A stretch of 64,000 bases of DNA, taken from assembly GCA_950097015.1 (NCBI GenBank), contig CATNEN010000038.1, forward strand, positions 15,872,001 to 15,936,000, given 5' to 3'. The stretch is from Macrostomum hystrix (lineage: Eukaryota; Animalia; Platyhelminthes). Positions 45,959 through 58,800 of the stretch are shown here, piece after piece. Numbering within the stretch: the first letter of the stretch is position 1; every line of letters begins with the position of its first letter. Under the pieces are notes generated by a model. The model saw only the letters and a program-made list of their open reading frames with translations. It was not told where the DNA came from and did not search any database. Made by a program: the position numbers and the translations under genes.

Positions 45959-48900
45959 TCATTCAACGGTCCTGCCGACAATATTGATCGCGGCGTTTTT
46001 GGCCAGCATGACCGATGAGCCGCGCTGTGAAACGTTCAATTCTACAATATTGAAGCACCAGTTTGTTAGGTTCCAGGCTAGCCTAACACCGCTGTCAGCA
46101 CCATCATGGATCAGAGATTCAATCTTCTTCTGATAGGTCGGCGTGTTGATGAACGCGCTAAGAGCCTCGAAGTGGAACATCATGAGCGTTACACGCCTCA
46201 GTTCGGTGTAAGCTTGGTATTCAGGTGTGTGCTGGAGAAGCAGGTTGCCTAAATACGTGGTTGTCGGTGGTTCGCTTCCAGTTGTCAAGAGTAGGTCGCG
46301 AATCTTTGAATACAGCTCTTTGATGATTTCTAATGTTAAAGACACACGGGGTCTGAAATTGTTTTTTTTACCAACAATGGCTTCATAATGAAAAGTTGCT
46401 GCAAGTGTCAGTATTCAAAAAAGGAATAAATAGACAATTTTTTTCACTGAAACTAACAGGTCGTTCGCGGCAACTTTGTAGTGCAGATCAGTCAGTGTTC
46501 TTGCGAAGCCGCTTGTAGATTTCCAAAAGTTGGACTTCATCTCTCGCAGTTTCTGCATAATGCTCTTCTGCTCTATTGAGTTGACAGACTGATTGGAAGT
46601 ATTCGTCTCTAGACCCGAATGATGTGACAACCGTCCACTGGGCTTAAAATATTTTAATTTAGAAGCGTTTGCGAAATTAGCAAAAAGGGCTTTCGTGTAA
46701 ACAAACACAATAACGTCGGGAGTTTGAATTTCACATTCGGAAAAGTTCTCACTGCTTCAGTTCACCCAGCTATACAATGGCTACAGACACTTGTAGTAGC
46801 TAGCCCGTTGGTACAGCCATGTAGAAAAGGGGTTGTAGCCTTAGTGGTTAGAGCGTCAGACTAACGACTTAAAGGTCAGGGATTCGATCAACGACTCCCA
46901 TGAAATAAGAAATAATATTTGCAAAAAGGGTTGTGAGCACTGGCGCATCATTTTTTTACTGTCGACCCGCAGCCAGTGAGGAGGCTATGTTAACCTGCCC
47001 ATTTCGGTGACTCCTAAGCACACATACTGTACGCAGGCATTCGCTCACACAGGTGTGTACATCTGTCCTGACTTTTTATCACCAGGCAGGGTGCGCTTTC
47101 TCTGTGCCTTGGAGCTGTTGGATCACAAGGGCGTAAACTGCACGACAAGCCACCAAGTCTTCTGTCCGCGGCTGCGCCAAAAATGAATGCGGCCCAACCG
47201 CGGAATCGAGCTCAGGGACGAAGAATGCGAAGAAAACAATTCGAAATAGATTTACCGTTGATTTGGATACATTGCTAAAACAGACGTCCCACGGTAGGTT
47301 GTTGGTGAGCAAGGCAATCAGGGTGTAGAATGCCGACTCAAGGTCGTGCATCGGATGAGGCTGACCGCCCTTCATGCGGATGTGCGACGCGAACCTCGGA
47401 TGGCCAAATAATTCACTTTCGCCGGTGGACTTTCGCAAATTAAAACGATCCTTGGGATCGAAAACGGTTGCCACTTTAAAGTTGGATAAGTAAAGAACGT
47501 TGAATGCGATTCCGCGTCCGAAGTACAGGTTGAACGGCTCGACGGCATTGTGTACCACGCCAAACCTGTGTATCTGGATGTTAATTATCAGTGTTCAAGA
47601 TTATTTTAGGAAAAATTAGGCAAAAACAGAAGGGGTATAATATTATCACACAGGCCCAGGATAATATACTCGACCAGTTAAAACGACATTGTACCTTTGA
47701 AAAGTCACAAACTGGCATTACATGCCAGCTGTAAGGCACAGAAAAAAATTGGTACTTTAACGGGCTAGAATTGTGTTATGACCGATGAAACCGATGAAGA
47801 AAATGACCGATTTTCGTAAGAGTCCACCAAATTGTTTGAAACCCCTTATGATCATAAACTGACTCTTAAAACCGTCAGTCGTCAGCATCGTCGAGATATT
47901 CTTGTCGAAGACCCTGGTGGACGAGGACAACTAACATTGTTCTGTGTAAACCTCTATGGTGGATCTATATTGGCCAATAATAAAAAAATAATAATAATAA
48001 TTACAAGATAATCAATATAAAATAATTGATGATGATGAGATGATGAAATTTTGTGAGGCCTATATTGTTGGTTTTGCCACCAGACACCTCGATAAGAATC
48101 GTTGAATATCTCGTCGATGCCGATGCTTTGTGATTCTGGACGTTTTTCATCGGAGCACTGTAGCCCATGTTCCGCATTTTGGTGGCGATTGGTTGAATAT
48201 TTTAGGAAATACAGAAAAAATGTGGGTATTTATAATACCCATGTGGTCTTTCTGGAATGTTAAATAAAGCACAGGAGTGCCAACAGACCTGCAGGCAGCG
48301 GCAGAGGATCTGGTCAAAGACCTTGAGCGCTGAGCCGACATCAAATGAACCACTCCGATTTGGGCCGGCCGACATGATCTCGGTGAGGTAATGCAGATTT
48401 GGGCCCAACTGCTCCATGCATAAGTAGGACAATGTACTGCGACTTTCACTCTTCCAGGGTACGATATTGCCGTGAATGTCATACACATTGTGCTGGGCCG
48501 CGTCGTAGGTGTACACAGCGTTAGGAACCTCGTCGTACTTAAAGACAATCGGAATTCCAGTCATTTCATCGAGCTCCATGTTCTCTCGCATGAAAGAGTC
48601 CCACAGGTGCTTTAATATGAGGTTCTCGCGGAACAGCAGTCGCATTGCTGGTTGCTGCATTGCTGTACAGTCCAGGGCTTCTATTTTGAGAACCAGAACA
48701 AGACCCACGTCCCATGATCGGCACTTGGCCAGGTGGTTGTTCGGCTTCTCAGCCGAGCGGGTGTACAGAGTGATCTTCTTCTCAAATTCCGGGTGAGTAG
48801 TGAACTTGTAGGTGTCAAAGTTGACTATTTGATCTCGTGGACACCTGTCAAGTGTGTATCAGGAACGATTTTTTATACTTACAATGTATAAAATTCAAAC

Positions 48901-49198
48901 ATTCCCTGGAAAGCGAACTCAACTAAATAAATATTCACCTCGCCAGCATGTCCACAACAATAGTCCGATCACTAAGGTGCGTGAATACGAAGGCGCTCAA
49001 GTCTTCCAGTGATTGCACCAGAAACAGCTGATAGAAGTCAACGGCCTGGGCCAACAAGCTCAGCACCTCGATGGCATTGTTGCGCACTATATCAATATTT
49101 TTTTGCGCCTCGATTCGCAGCGCCATCTCGTTCATATCGTTTTGCTTTTTAAGCTCATCGTTGACAAGTAACGGGTTGACGCGCTTCTCACTGGCCAT
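45959..49198 (-). CDS. Casein kinase 1-like protein, predicted pseudokinase, about 5 exons
   Basis: VLKIE, L..E..IL..L, GIP, YLCMEQLGPNL, IH.FGVVH, G..RFAS, DLES..Y.L..L....LPW are CK1 hallmarks. The two 3' exons (about 46640-46460 and 46353-45959) are inferred. Confidence 0.75.
46828..46905 (+). mobile_element. tRNA-derived SINE (family A)
   Basis: GGGGTTGTAGCCTTAGTGGTTAGAGCGTCAGACTAACGACTTAAAGGTCAGGGATTCGATC. Confidence 0.65.
46965..47220 (-). mobile_element. SINE family B copy in a kinase intron
   Basis: Reverse complement is colinear with 2369-2598. Confidence 0.65.
47850..48150. mobile_element. Family C inverted-repeat element, opposite orientation to 36060-36390
   Basis: 48058-48145 is the reverse complement of about 36075-36160; 47870-47940 mirrors 36280-36350. 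Confidence 0.55.
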
Positions 49199-50867
49199 GA
49201 TTGTGAGGGTTTCAATTGTTTGACTTCGAACTAAACGTCAAATGATCTGCTGGTTCACGCAAAACTTTTTTTTCTGAAACACAAGATTGAGAAGGTTCTT
49301 GTGTGCTCACGAGTGCTTTTTATCAAAGACTCATTTCTAGATCGGCTTGGATTCCGTTTGTAACTATGAGAACAAGCGCGACTGAAATAAAGCAAAAATC
49401 CTGTAAGGATAGTCTGATTTTGACATAGACATTTTTTCCGCACAAAGTTCTGAGTTGACATGATAGGCAAACTTTAAACAAATTTCTTCGGAGAATACTG
49501 ATTTTACTTGTAAAATATTTTTTAGACTGACATTCCCTGAGTCCCCAGTTTTTACCATAGATACTTTTCAGAACTGCCACGACTTGATGCCAGCTGCCAG
49601 CTGTTCTGTCACATTTTCGACAAGCTGATTGATGACAGCATCGATCTGATGAGAGCGGTCTCGTGAGTTAACTGGCATTTATTCGCTCCCATTCCAGATG
49701 CTTTTTATGTATTTTCATCGCTTATAAAAGCCAGTCAGTCCCGGTTTGCTTGTCTGAATTCCCAAAAAGCGAGACTGCTATTCGTGACTCTGCTAGTATC
49801 CTTTCAAGTGTTCGTGCATATCAATAAGAAGCCTTACAAAGCTACTTACTTATCGATAGCAGGAACGTCAGAAAACTTCCTAATATGCAATTGACGTCAC
49901 AACGCAGCCCAACAGTCTAAAAGTGACATTACAACACAACTTAATAGTATTGAAGTGACGTAACAAGTAACAACACAACCCAAGAGTATGAAAGTGATTT
50001 CATAATACTGCCTAGTACTACAATCCAACAACAATAATTCAAACTGACAAGTATACAGTAGATAGTAAGAAATCAAATCAAGTCCAGCTGTAGTGAGTCA
50101 GGTGTACAGTGTACAGCTTTTGAGTCCGTGGACAGGGCAGGCCACAATACTCACCCCAGTCAGAAGCTGAACTATTGGGTTGCTAACTTACAAAGCCACA
50201 CCAAAACCCAATGGAAAATAGAAAGCGAAAATGCGCTCAAATTACTCGCTCGCGCCACAAATTTATTTCACAGTCGTAAAAAGACTGTCGCTTAATACTC
50301 GCTGAAAGTTTCGATCTGTGAGCGCGATTTTGTTGCTACCTTCGTCGCTTAATTTGTTGCCAGATTTGTAACTTTAAGTGTCAAATTTGAGCAACAATGT
50401 GGGTGAAAACTTTGAGTGACAAATTAGAGATAAAAACATATACGGACTTTTACGGAAATACGGACTTTGTCCTTGCCTTTGATCTTCGCCGACGCCGCCA
50501 CCGACTCCGCCGCAATGCAATTATAATAATTCTGTCTAGTGTCGAGAGATTTATGGCCCTGTGAATTTATGATCCTAAAGCACAGAATCATCAGAATCAA
50601 ATAAAAATTCAGCTAATTGGACAGCGCCGACACTTTCACATCCAGCCGCTCTTGAAGCTCCAATATTATTGGAGCGACAATACGAGCACTTCTTGTTTGT
50701 CTCCCAGTTGGTGCCTTGCCTGAGACGTCAAAAATCTATAGTGAAAGTACAGACCCATCATGGCCTATATTAATGTTTGAAGCCGTATGAAAATAATGCA
50801 AGACGAAATAGAAGTTACAGATTGTGAAATTGATTTACTTTAACTTGTGCAGGCCGGTCTCGCGGAC

Positions 50868-51247
50868 GAAATTGAAGTTACTAATCGGGTACACACGAGC
50901 ATCCCCCTCCCCGCGGGTGGAATTGAAGTTACTAATCGGGTACACACGAGCATCCCCCTCCCCGCGGGTGGAATTGAAGTTACTAATCGGGTACACACAC
51001 GAGCATCCCCCTCCCCGCGGGTGGAATTGAAGTTACTAATCGGGTACACACACGAGCATCCCCCTCCCCGCGGGTGGAATTGAAGTTACTAATCGGGTAC
51101 ACACACGAGCATCCCCCTCCCCGCGGGTGGAATTGAAGTTACTAATCGGGTACACACACGAGCATCCCCCTCCACGCGGGTGGAATTGAAGTTACTAATC
51201 GGGTACACACGAGCATCCCCCTCCCCGCGGGTGGAATTAAAGTTACA
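50868..51247. repeat. 51/53-bp minisatellite, about 7 copies
   Basis: GAATTGAAGTTACTAATCGGGTACACAC(AC)GAGCATCCCCCTCCCCGCGGGTG. Confidence 0.95.
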
Positions 51248-52808
51248 TAGTTTGAAATAGAAGTTGAAAACCAATATTTGGCAATATTAGGAGTAAAAAT
51301 GCTATTTTTTGTCGCTCATTACTTGTGAAACTCGCGGGGAAAGTTTCAAAATAAGTAGTAAGATCTGTAAAAGGATTTTAAACACGTTTACAGTAAGACA
51401 GCTTCAGACAGAGACATCGAAGTCAGGGCTATACAATGCTATCCTCACGGTAATCCGATATTCTATTTCATAACATACGAATTATAAAACTGAAAATTTG
51501 CTTAAAAATATACCGAATAAATGAGCTCCAAAACAGTTTCATCCCTAAAATAGTTATTTAAGCTTCATAGATCACAACGTGCTACTCACAATAATAATAT
51601 GAAATGGGTTCTGGGAAATTAAAAATCTCTAAAACAAATCTGGCCTAAGACAGCTCTTCAATATCTTCCTGGAGTTGGAATCGGCTTAGGGATTGAACCG
51701 GGCAGAGAAAAAACTGAATATTAAAACAGGTCTACTTTAATAGAAGTTTATGGCATCAGATGGTAATTAGCATGTCCCAGAATTTACCCCGCTATAAATT
51801 AATATATATTCTTGTCACCGAATAGAAAATAAACAAAATATAAAGTTTGTTTCTTAGAAAGGTACAAAATCAAAGTTTTTTTTAAACAACTATGAAGTAA
51901 TGTACAAAATTCAAAATACCAATTACAGAGACAAAAAACTAAAAAAACAGAACAGTAAAAAGCAATAAATATCAAATTCAGTTTGGTCAATGCACACAAC
52001 ACCACTTAGTTCTTTGATTAATTATATTTATTATAAGCACAATGTAAAAAATAACTACTTCCGTGATCAACCCACAGCTCCGAGCCGAGGATGAAAAGTA
52101 AGACATATAATAATAATAATTAAATAAAAATAAAACACAAATCGCCCCATAGTAGAAACAAAAAACACCTTTAATTAAACCTTTAATAAAGTTATAAACG
52201 GAAAAGACTGAATTAAGGCGCGGAACTGCACTTTTACTTTGCTATGCAATTTTTGTTAGAACAAAAATAATTAGGACAAACTCTAAGCTAAAATGCCAGT
52301 TTGTCTATGATAATATCATTACTGGTTAACATCAACTGATCGGTTATTTCATTGCTGTCTATCGATTAACATAAGCGGTCGATTGATCTAACGAAGCAGT
52401 CATTTTGATCCACCAATATATTTTTATTTATTAATCGATGCTTTCACTAGATCGAACAATGCCTTTAACAGATTGAATAATGCTATAAATTGATCAATAT
52501 TTCTTTAAACTGATCAATCACAACATTCACCGAATCAATCAAGACTAAAAATGCATCAACATTTCCCTGACTTGGTTGATCAGGTATTTAAATAATAAAT
52601 CAATATGTCAATTAATCAATCCAATCTGTTAATCAATCAATTATTTCTGTAACTTAATAAATCAGTGCTGCTAATATATCAAAGGACTACTTTATTTGAT
52701 CAACCAATGCTGTCAACTGATAAAGCTAAGCGAGTAAGTTGATAATTTATTTTAGGAAAACATTATAAATTGATCAAGCAGTCAATAAAAGTTGCTTTCA
52801 GCCATCAA

Positions 52809-55800
52809 TCAATCATCGTCCAATTCGAAGATAACGCTACTAGTCAGCTGGGAGACACTGCCAACAAGGGACGACGAGATTTTCGAGCGAGAAAAAGACC
52901 CAGAAGCACTGCCGGGCATAGTCGGCGGTGGCGGAGACAGCGGTGTCTCAGCAGCTGCCGAGACTGCCGCGGCGGCGGCGGCGACAACTTCAGAGTCGTC
53001 CAGATCGACGATATCGCCAGTCTCGCAGTCTTCTCCGTCGTTGTCGTCGTCATCATCGTCGTCGATGCCATCCTTAGCGTAGGAAGCCGACGAGCTGCTG
53101 CAACCTTCGGAGATTCGGCGAACTCGCCCGGCGGCGCCTTTTCCGCCCGCCGCCGAAGCCGGAGCATCTGCCGCCGCAGCGGCCGAGGTGTCGCTATTGT
53201 GCCGACGCCGGCGGGTCTCTCGCTGCTTCTGACGCTTCTTGCGATTGCGCAAAGTGTGATGGAAGGCGCTGATGCTGGCGTTGATGCTGCAGATTGGGCG
53301 ACACACGCTTTGATTGCTACTGACAGTAGGATTTTAGTAATAATAATAATACTTGGTAACAATTGATTACACCTGCCCCAATCGGGCTAGATGTGCAGCC
53401 GACAGCACAGCCAAAGCTATTGCGTGGCGCATCTGAAGTCTGCGTACGGCTGTTCAGTCCATGGACCGGGGGGACGCCACACCCACCCTCAATTATTCCA
53501 GATAATGTTGGTACCCATTTAACAGCTGGGTGAACTGAAGCAATGCAGAGTTAAGCGTCTTGCTAAAAGACATGTCTTTGTGCACAAATTGTTCCAGTGG
53601 AGTCGGGAATCGAACCCCCGACCAGTGAATAGGAATATTCCAAATGTGATAAGCGACGCACGCACTAACCTGTAATTGGCCGATTCAACGTGATCTGAGA
53701 ATGACACGGATCGATTGAGCAGCAAATGCTGCGGCTGCTGTTGCTGGCTCTGACTGCTAGACAATGAGCTAGATAGGTCATCAGAGGAAGATAAAGATGG
53801 GCTGCGGGTGAATTTGAGAATGCCCTGAAGGCGAGACTGGGAGGCCTGCTGCTGCTGCTGTTGCTGCTGCTGCACCGAAGGTGGTGGAACAACAAGTTTG
53901 TCGCGCACATCCTCGCCCTGGCCGTCAAGGCGCACAGTTAATCGGTCGGCGCACAGCTCGGTGACAACCAAGCCGCTGGTGGGGACGGAGCAGCCGCCAG
54001 CGGGTGGCAGGACAACTGGCGCCGGACTCGCCGGCGCAGCGTAGCGGGCCAGACAGTCCGCCAGTCGCCGGCTGGGATTTGGCATGTTGAAGAACTGCAA
54101 ATTGGCGGCATCGACAGCCGAAGCCGCCCTAGCCAGTGCCGGCTGAGCTTGCAATGTGAGTTCGTCAAGCCAAGTGTCTTTGCGGGGCTTCGCTAAACGA
54201 ACAACTAGATTGTCGGGGCCAATCTGCGAGTAAGAAAGAAAAAAAGTATTTGTATCATATAAAAGAGCGATTGAAAGTGTAAGTGGACAGCGGGAAGGGT
54301 AAATTCAAGGACGACTAGGAGTAGAAGGACGGGAAACTACATTTATGGAAAAAAATTAAATCTGGTTTTTGCGAAAAAAATACACAATGTAGATAGTAAA
54401 TTTTCAGTTCTCTGATATATTTGGAGACAGCTTTTGATTGGAAGCAGATACAAAGCTGTTCTTTTGATATAGCTTGCCTAACATGTCGATCTACCGAATT
54501 TTATAAAGTTTTGTACATTACAAGTACGTAGTCTCCCGTCCTTCTACTCCTGTTGGTCCTTAGGTAAATTATGGAGCGGATTAGCTAGCTGAGAGCGGAA
54601 AATATCCAGTAGAGAGCGGATTAGTCAGTAGAGAGCGGAAAATATCCAGTAGAGAGCGGATTTGTCATTAAAGAGCGGAAAATATCCAGAAGAGAGCGGA
54701 TTAGTCAGTAGAGTACGGATTAGTCAGTAGAGAGAGGATTAGTCAGTAGAGAGCGGAAAATATCCAGTAGACAGCGGATTAGTCAGTAGAGAGCGGAAAA
54801 TATCCAGTAGAGAGCGGATTTGTCATTAAAGAGCGGAAAATATCCAGTAGAGAGCGGATTAGTCAGTAGAGAGCGGAAAATATCCAGTAGAGAGCGGATT
54901 TGTCATTAAAGAGCGGAAAATATCCAGAAGAGAGCGGATTAGTCAGTAGAGTACGGATTAGTCAGTAGAGAGAGGATTAGTCAGTAGAGAGCGGAAAATA
55001 TCCAGTAGACAGCGGATTAGTCAGTAGAGAGCGGATTTGTCATTAAAGAGCGGAAAATATCCAGTAGAGAGCGGATTAGTCAGTAGAGAGCGGAAAATAT
55101 CCAGTAGAGAGCGGATTTGTCATTAAAGAGCGGAAAATATCCAGTAGAGAGCGGATTAGTCAGTAGAGTACGGATTAGTCAGTAGAGAGCGGATTAGCAA
55201 GCTGAGAGCGGAAAATATACAGTAGAGAGCGGATTAGTCAGTAGAGAGCGGAAAATATCCAGTAGAGAGCGGATTAGTCAGTAGAGAGCGGATTAGTCAG
55301 TAGAGAGCGGATTAGCAAGCTGAGAGCGGATAATATCCAGTGGAGAGCGGATTAGTCAGTAGAGAGAGGATGAGTTACTAGGGAGCAGAAAAGATCCCGT
55401 AGAGGGCGAAAGGGATCCATTTGAGAGCAGACTGTAGAAGAAAGCGGAATATAGCGGCAAAGGCTAAGTGAAGAGCACAAGTGAAAACTTTTCTGCGGAA
55501 GAAGAAACTGGGAATCAGCAGATAAGCTATGAAACTAAAAAAAATATGACGGAATAAATTGAAACGAAGGCAAATCCCTAAATCAAATAGATAGGTTTTC
55601 CCACCTGCAAAGTTTCGAACTCAAGCGCAGACGACTCCGGCTGCATCACGGCCAGGCTGTAGTTGCTGCGCCATCCGCCGGCGCCGACGCTGGCAAAACT
55701 GACGGCCCAGCGGCAGCCGGACGAAGCTGGCAGATTGTCAACCGGCTGGACTGTCTCAGCCGAGATGTTTTTGACACCGACTAGCAGGGTCACGTGACCA

Positions 55801-58800
55801 TCAGTCTGGCGGCACTGAATGGAGCCGGGCAGTCGGCCGGCGCGAAATTCGGACTGCGGCTGCGGATGCTCCGCCACAGTCGAATGTTCTTTGGCGTCGG
55901 CGCCAGCTGAGGAAGCTGGAGCATCGGGTAGTTCCTGAATTAATGGGGCTGCCTGCTGCTGCTGTCGCTGCAGCGGCTGCTCTGGCCGTGAAATGCACGG
56001 CAAAACCAGTGTCAGGAGGTGAGTCTTGCGATCGAATTTCGCCGAGCCGTTGTCCTCAGTGACGGCGCAGGGCAGGCGCAGCTCCAGTTTGTAGGCTACA
56101 GGCCGCTGGCAACTGACGCGAAGTTGGCGATCTTCAACGTCGACATCGATGGCCTGAGCGGTGGAGACGCCTGCCAATGATGATGAGAGAATGAAGATTC
56201 AGGTAGAATAGTACTTAAATTCAGGTAGGATAGACCAAAGGTTCAGGTAGGATAGATATGAAGATTCAGGTAGGATAGACCCGAAGATTCAGGTAGGATA
56301 GACCTGAAGATTCAGGTAGGATAGACATGAAGATTCAGGTAGGATAGACCCGAAGATTCAGGTAGGATAGACTTGAAGATTCAGGTAGGATAGGCATGAA
56401 GATTCAGGTAGGATAGACATGAAGATTCAGGTAGGATAGACCCGAATATTCAGGTAGGATAGACCCGAAGATTCAGGTAGGATAGACCCGAAGATTCAGG
56501 TAGGATAGACCCGAAGATTCAGGTAGGATAGACCCGAAGATTCAGGTAGGATAGACCCGAAGATTCAGGTAGGATAGACCCGAAGATTCAGGTAGGATAG
56601 ACCCGAAGATTCAGGTAGGATAGACCCGAAGATTCAGGTAGGATAGACCCGAAGATTCAGGTAGGATAGACATGAAGATTCAGGTAGGATAGGCATGAAG
56701 ATTCAGGTAGGATAGACATGAAGATTCAGGTAGGATAGGCATGAAGATTCAGGTAGGATAGACATGAAGATTCAGGTAGGATAGGCATGAAGATTCAGGT
56801 AGGATAGACCCGAAGATTCAGGTAGGATAGACCCGAAGATTCAGGTAGGATAGACATGAAGATTCAGGTAGGATAGACCCAAAGATTCAGGTAGGATAGA
56901 CATGAAGATTCAGGTAGGATAGACCCAAAGATTCAGGTAGGATAGACATGAAGATTCAGGTAGGATAGACCCGAAGATTCAGGTAGGATAGACCCAAAGA
57001 TTCAGGTAGGATAGACCTGAAGATTCAGGTAGGATAGACATGAAGATTCAGGTAGGATAGACATGAAGATTCAGGTAGGATAGACCAAAGGTTCAGGTAG
57101 GATAGACATGAAGATTCAGGTAGGATAGACCCGAAGATTCAGGTAGGATAGACCTGAAGATTCAGGTAGGATAGACATGAAGATTCAGGTAGGATAGACA
57201 TGAAGATTCAGGTAGGATAGACCTAAAGATTCAGGTAGGATAGACATGAAGATTCAGGTAGGATAGACCCGAAGATTCAGGTAGGATAGACATGAAGATT
57301 CAGGTAGGATAGACCCGAAGATTCAGGTAGGATAGACATGAAGATTCAGGTAGGATAGACCCGAAGATTCAGGTAGGATAGACCCAAAGATTCAGGTAGG
57401 ATAGACATGAAGATTCAGGTAGGATAGACCCGAAGATTCAGGTAGGATAGACCCAAAGATTCAGGTAGGATAGGCATGAAGATTCAGGTAGGATAGACCC
57501 GAAGATTCAGGTAGGATAGGCATGAAGATTCAGGTAGGATAGACCCGAAGATTCAGGTAGGATAGACCCGAAGATTCAGGTAGGATAGACCCGAAGATTC
57601 AGGTAGGATAGACATGAAGATTCAGGTAGGATAGACATGAAGATTCAGGTAGGATAGACATGAAGATTCAGGTAGGATAGGCATGAAGATTCAGGTAGGA
57701 TAGACCCGAAGATTCAGGTAGGATAGACCCGAAGATTCAGGTAGGATAGACCCGAAGATTCAGGTAGGATAGACCCGAAGATTCAGGTAGGATAGACCCG
57801 AAGATTCAGGTAGGATAGACCCGAAGATTCAGGTAGGATAGGCATGAAGATTCAGGTAGGATAGGCATGAAGATTCAGGTAGGATAGGCATGAAGATTCA
57901 GGTAGGATAGGCATGAAGATTCAGGTAGGATAGGCATGAAGATTCAGGTAGGATAGGCATGAAGATTCAGCTAGGATAGGCATGAAGACTCAGTCAGGAC
58001 ATCTCTTAAGATAGTCCTGATTAATGGATTAACGATTCTAGATTCCCTAATTCCTCAGTTCTCACCTGGCAGCTCAATCAACACCTGAATGCTGCTTGGC
58101 TGCTTCGCCGATGGTCCTATGGTAACAGAGCCAGTGGAATCAGACGGACTTTCGTAGGCAAAGTCGCCAAAGTCGCTCCGATAAGAGTACTTAAGCTGAT
58201 ACTTAGGGGTTTTGGGCGAGTCTTGGTCAATCTTTATTTTCTCCTGTTGCTGCACATTGCCTTCTGTTGACTTGGCTGAATCCTCGAGCTCGAACTCGCG
58301 ACCCTCAGTTTTAGTCTCGCCAGCCTGAGCATTGTTATAATGCTGCACAAACGGATTAGGTGGATCGGATTTCAACTGAGCCTGCTTGGTGTCGAAGTCT
58401 GCTCGCTTGCGACGAATCACCGTCGCCTGGGGCAGGCCCTGCGATTAGGGCGGATCGGATGAACGGTAATGATAGACCAAATAGGCCGCAAAAAGTAGGG
58501 GCAATATTAAGTAGACAGCAAGTAGCAGGGGCAATCATAGATTAAAGAGGCCGCAAAAGGTGGGCAATGATAGATAAATAGGCCGCAAAATGTAGGAGTA
58601 ATAGTGGATTAAAAAGGCCGCAAAGTGTCGGGTTCATGAAAGATCAAAGAGGCCGCAAAGTGTCATGTTCATGAAAGATCAAAGAGGCCGCAAAGTGTCA
58701 TGTTCATGAAAGATCAAAGAGGCTGCAAAATGTCGGGTTCATGAAAGATCAAAGAGGCCGCAAAGTGTCGGGTTCATGAAAGATCAAAGAGGCCGCAAAG

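Noticed and set aside
47079-47283. C-terminal part of ORF 47079-47558 as kinase coding sequence
   Set aside because: After LPWD the ORF runs into an intron containing a SINE family B copy.
50868-57992. CRISPR-like appearance of regular repeats
   Set aside because: No unique spacers and no cas genes; eukaryotic context. These are plain tandem repeats.
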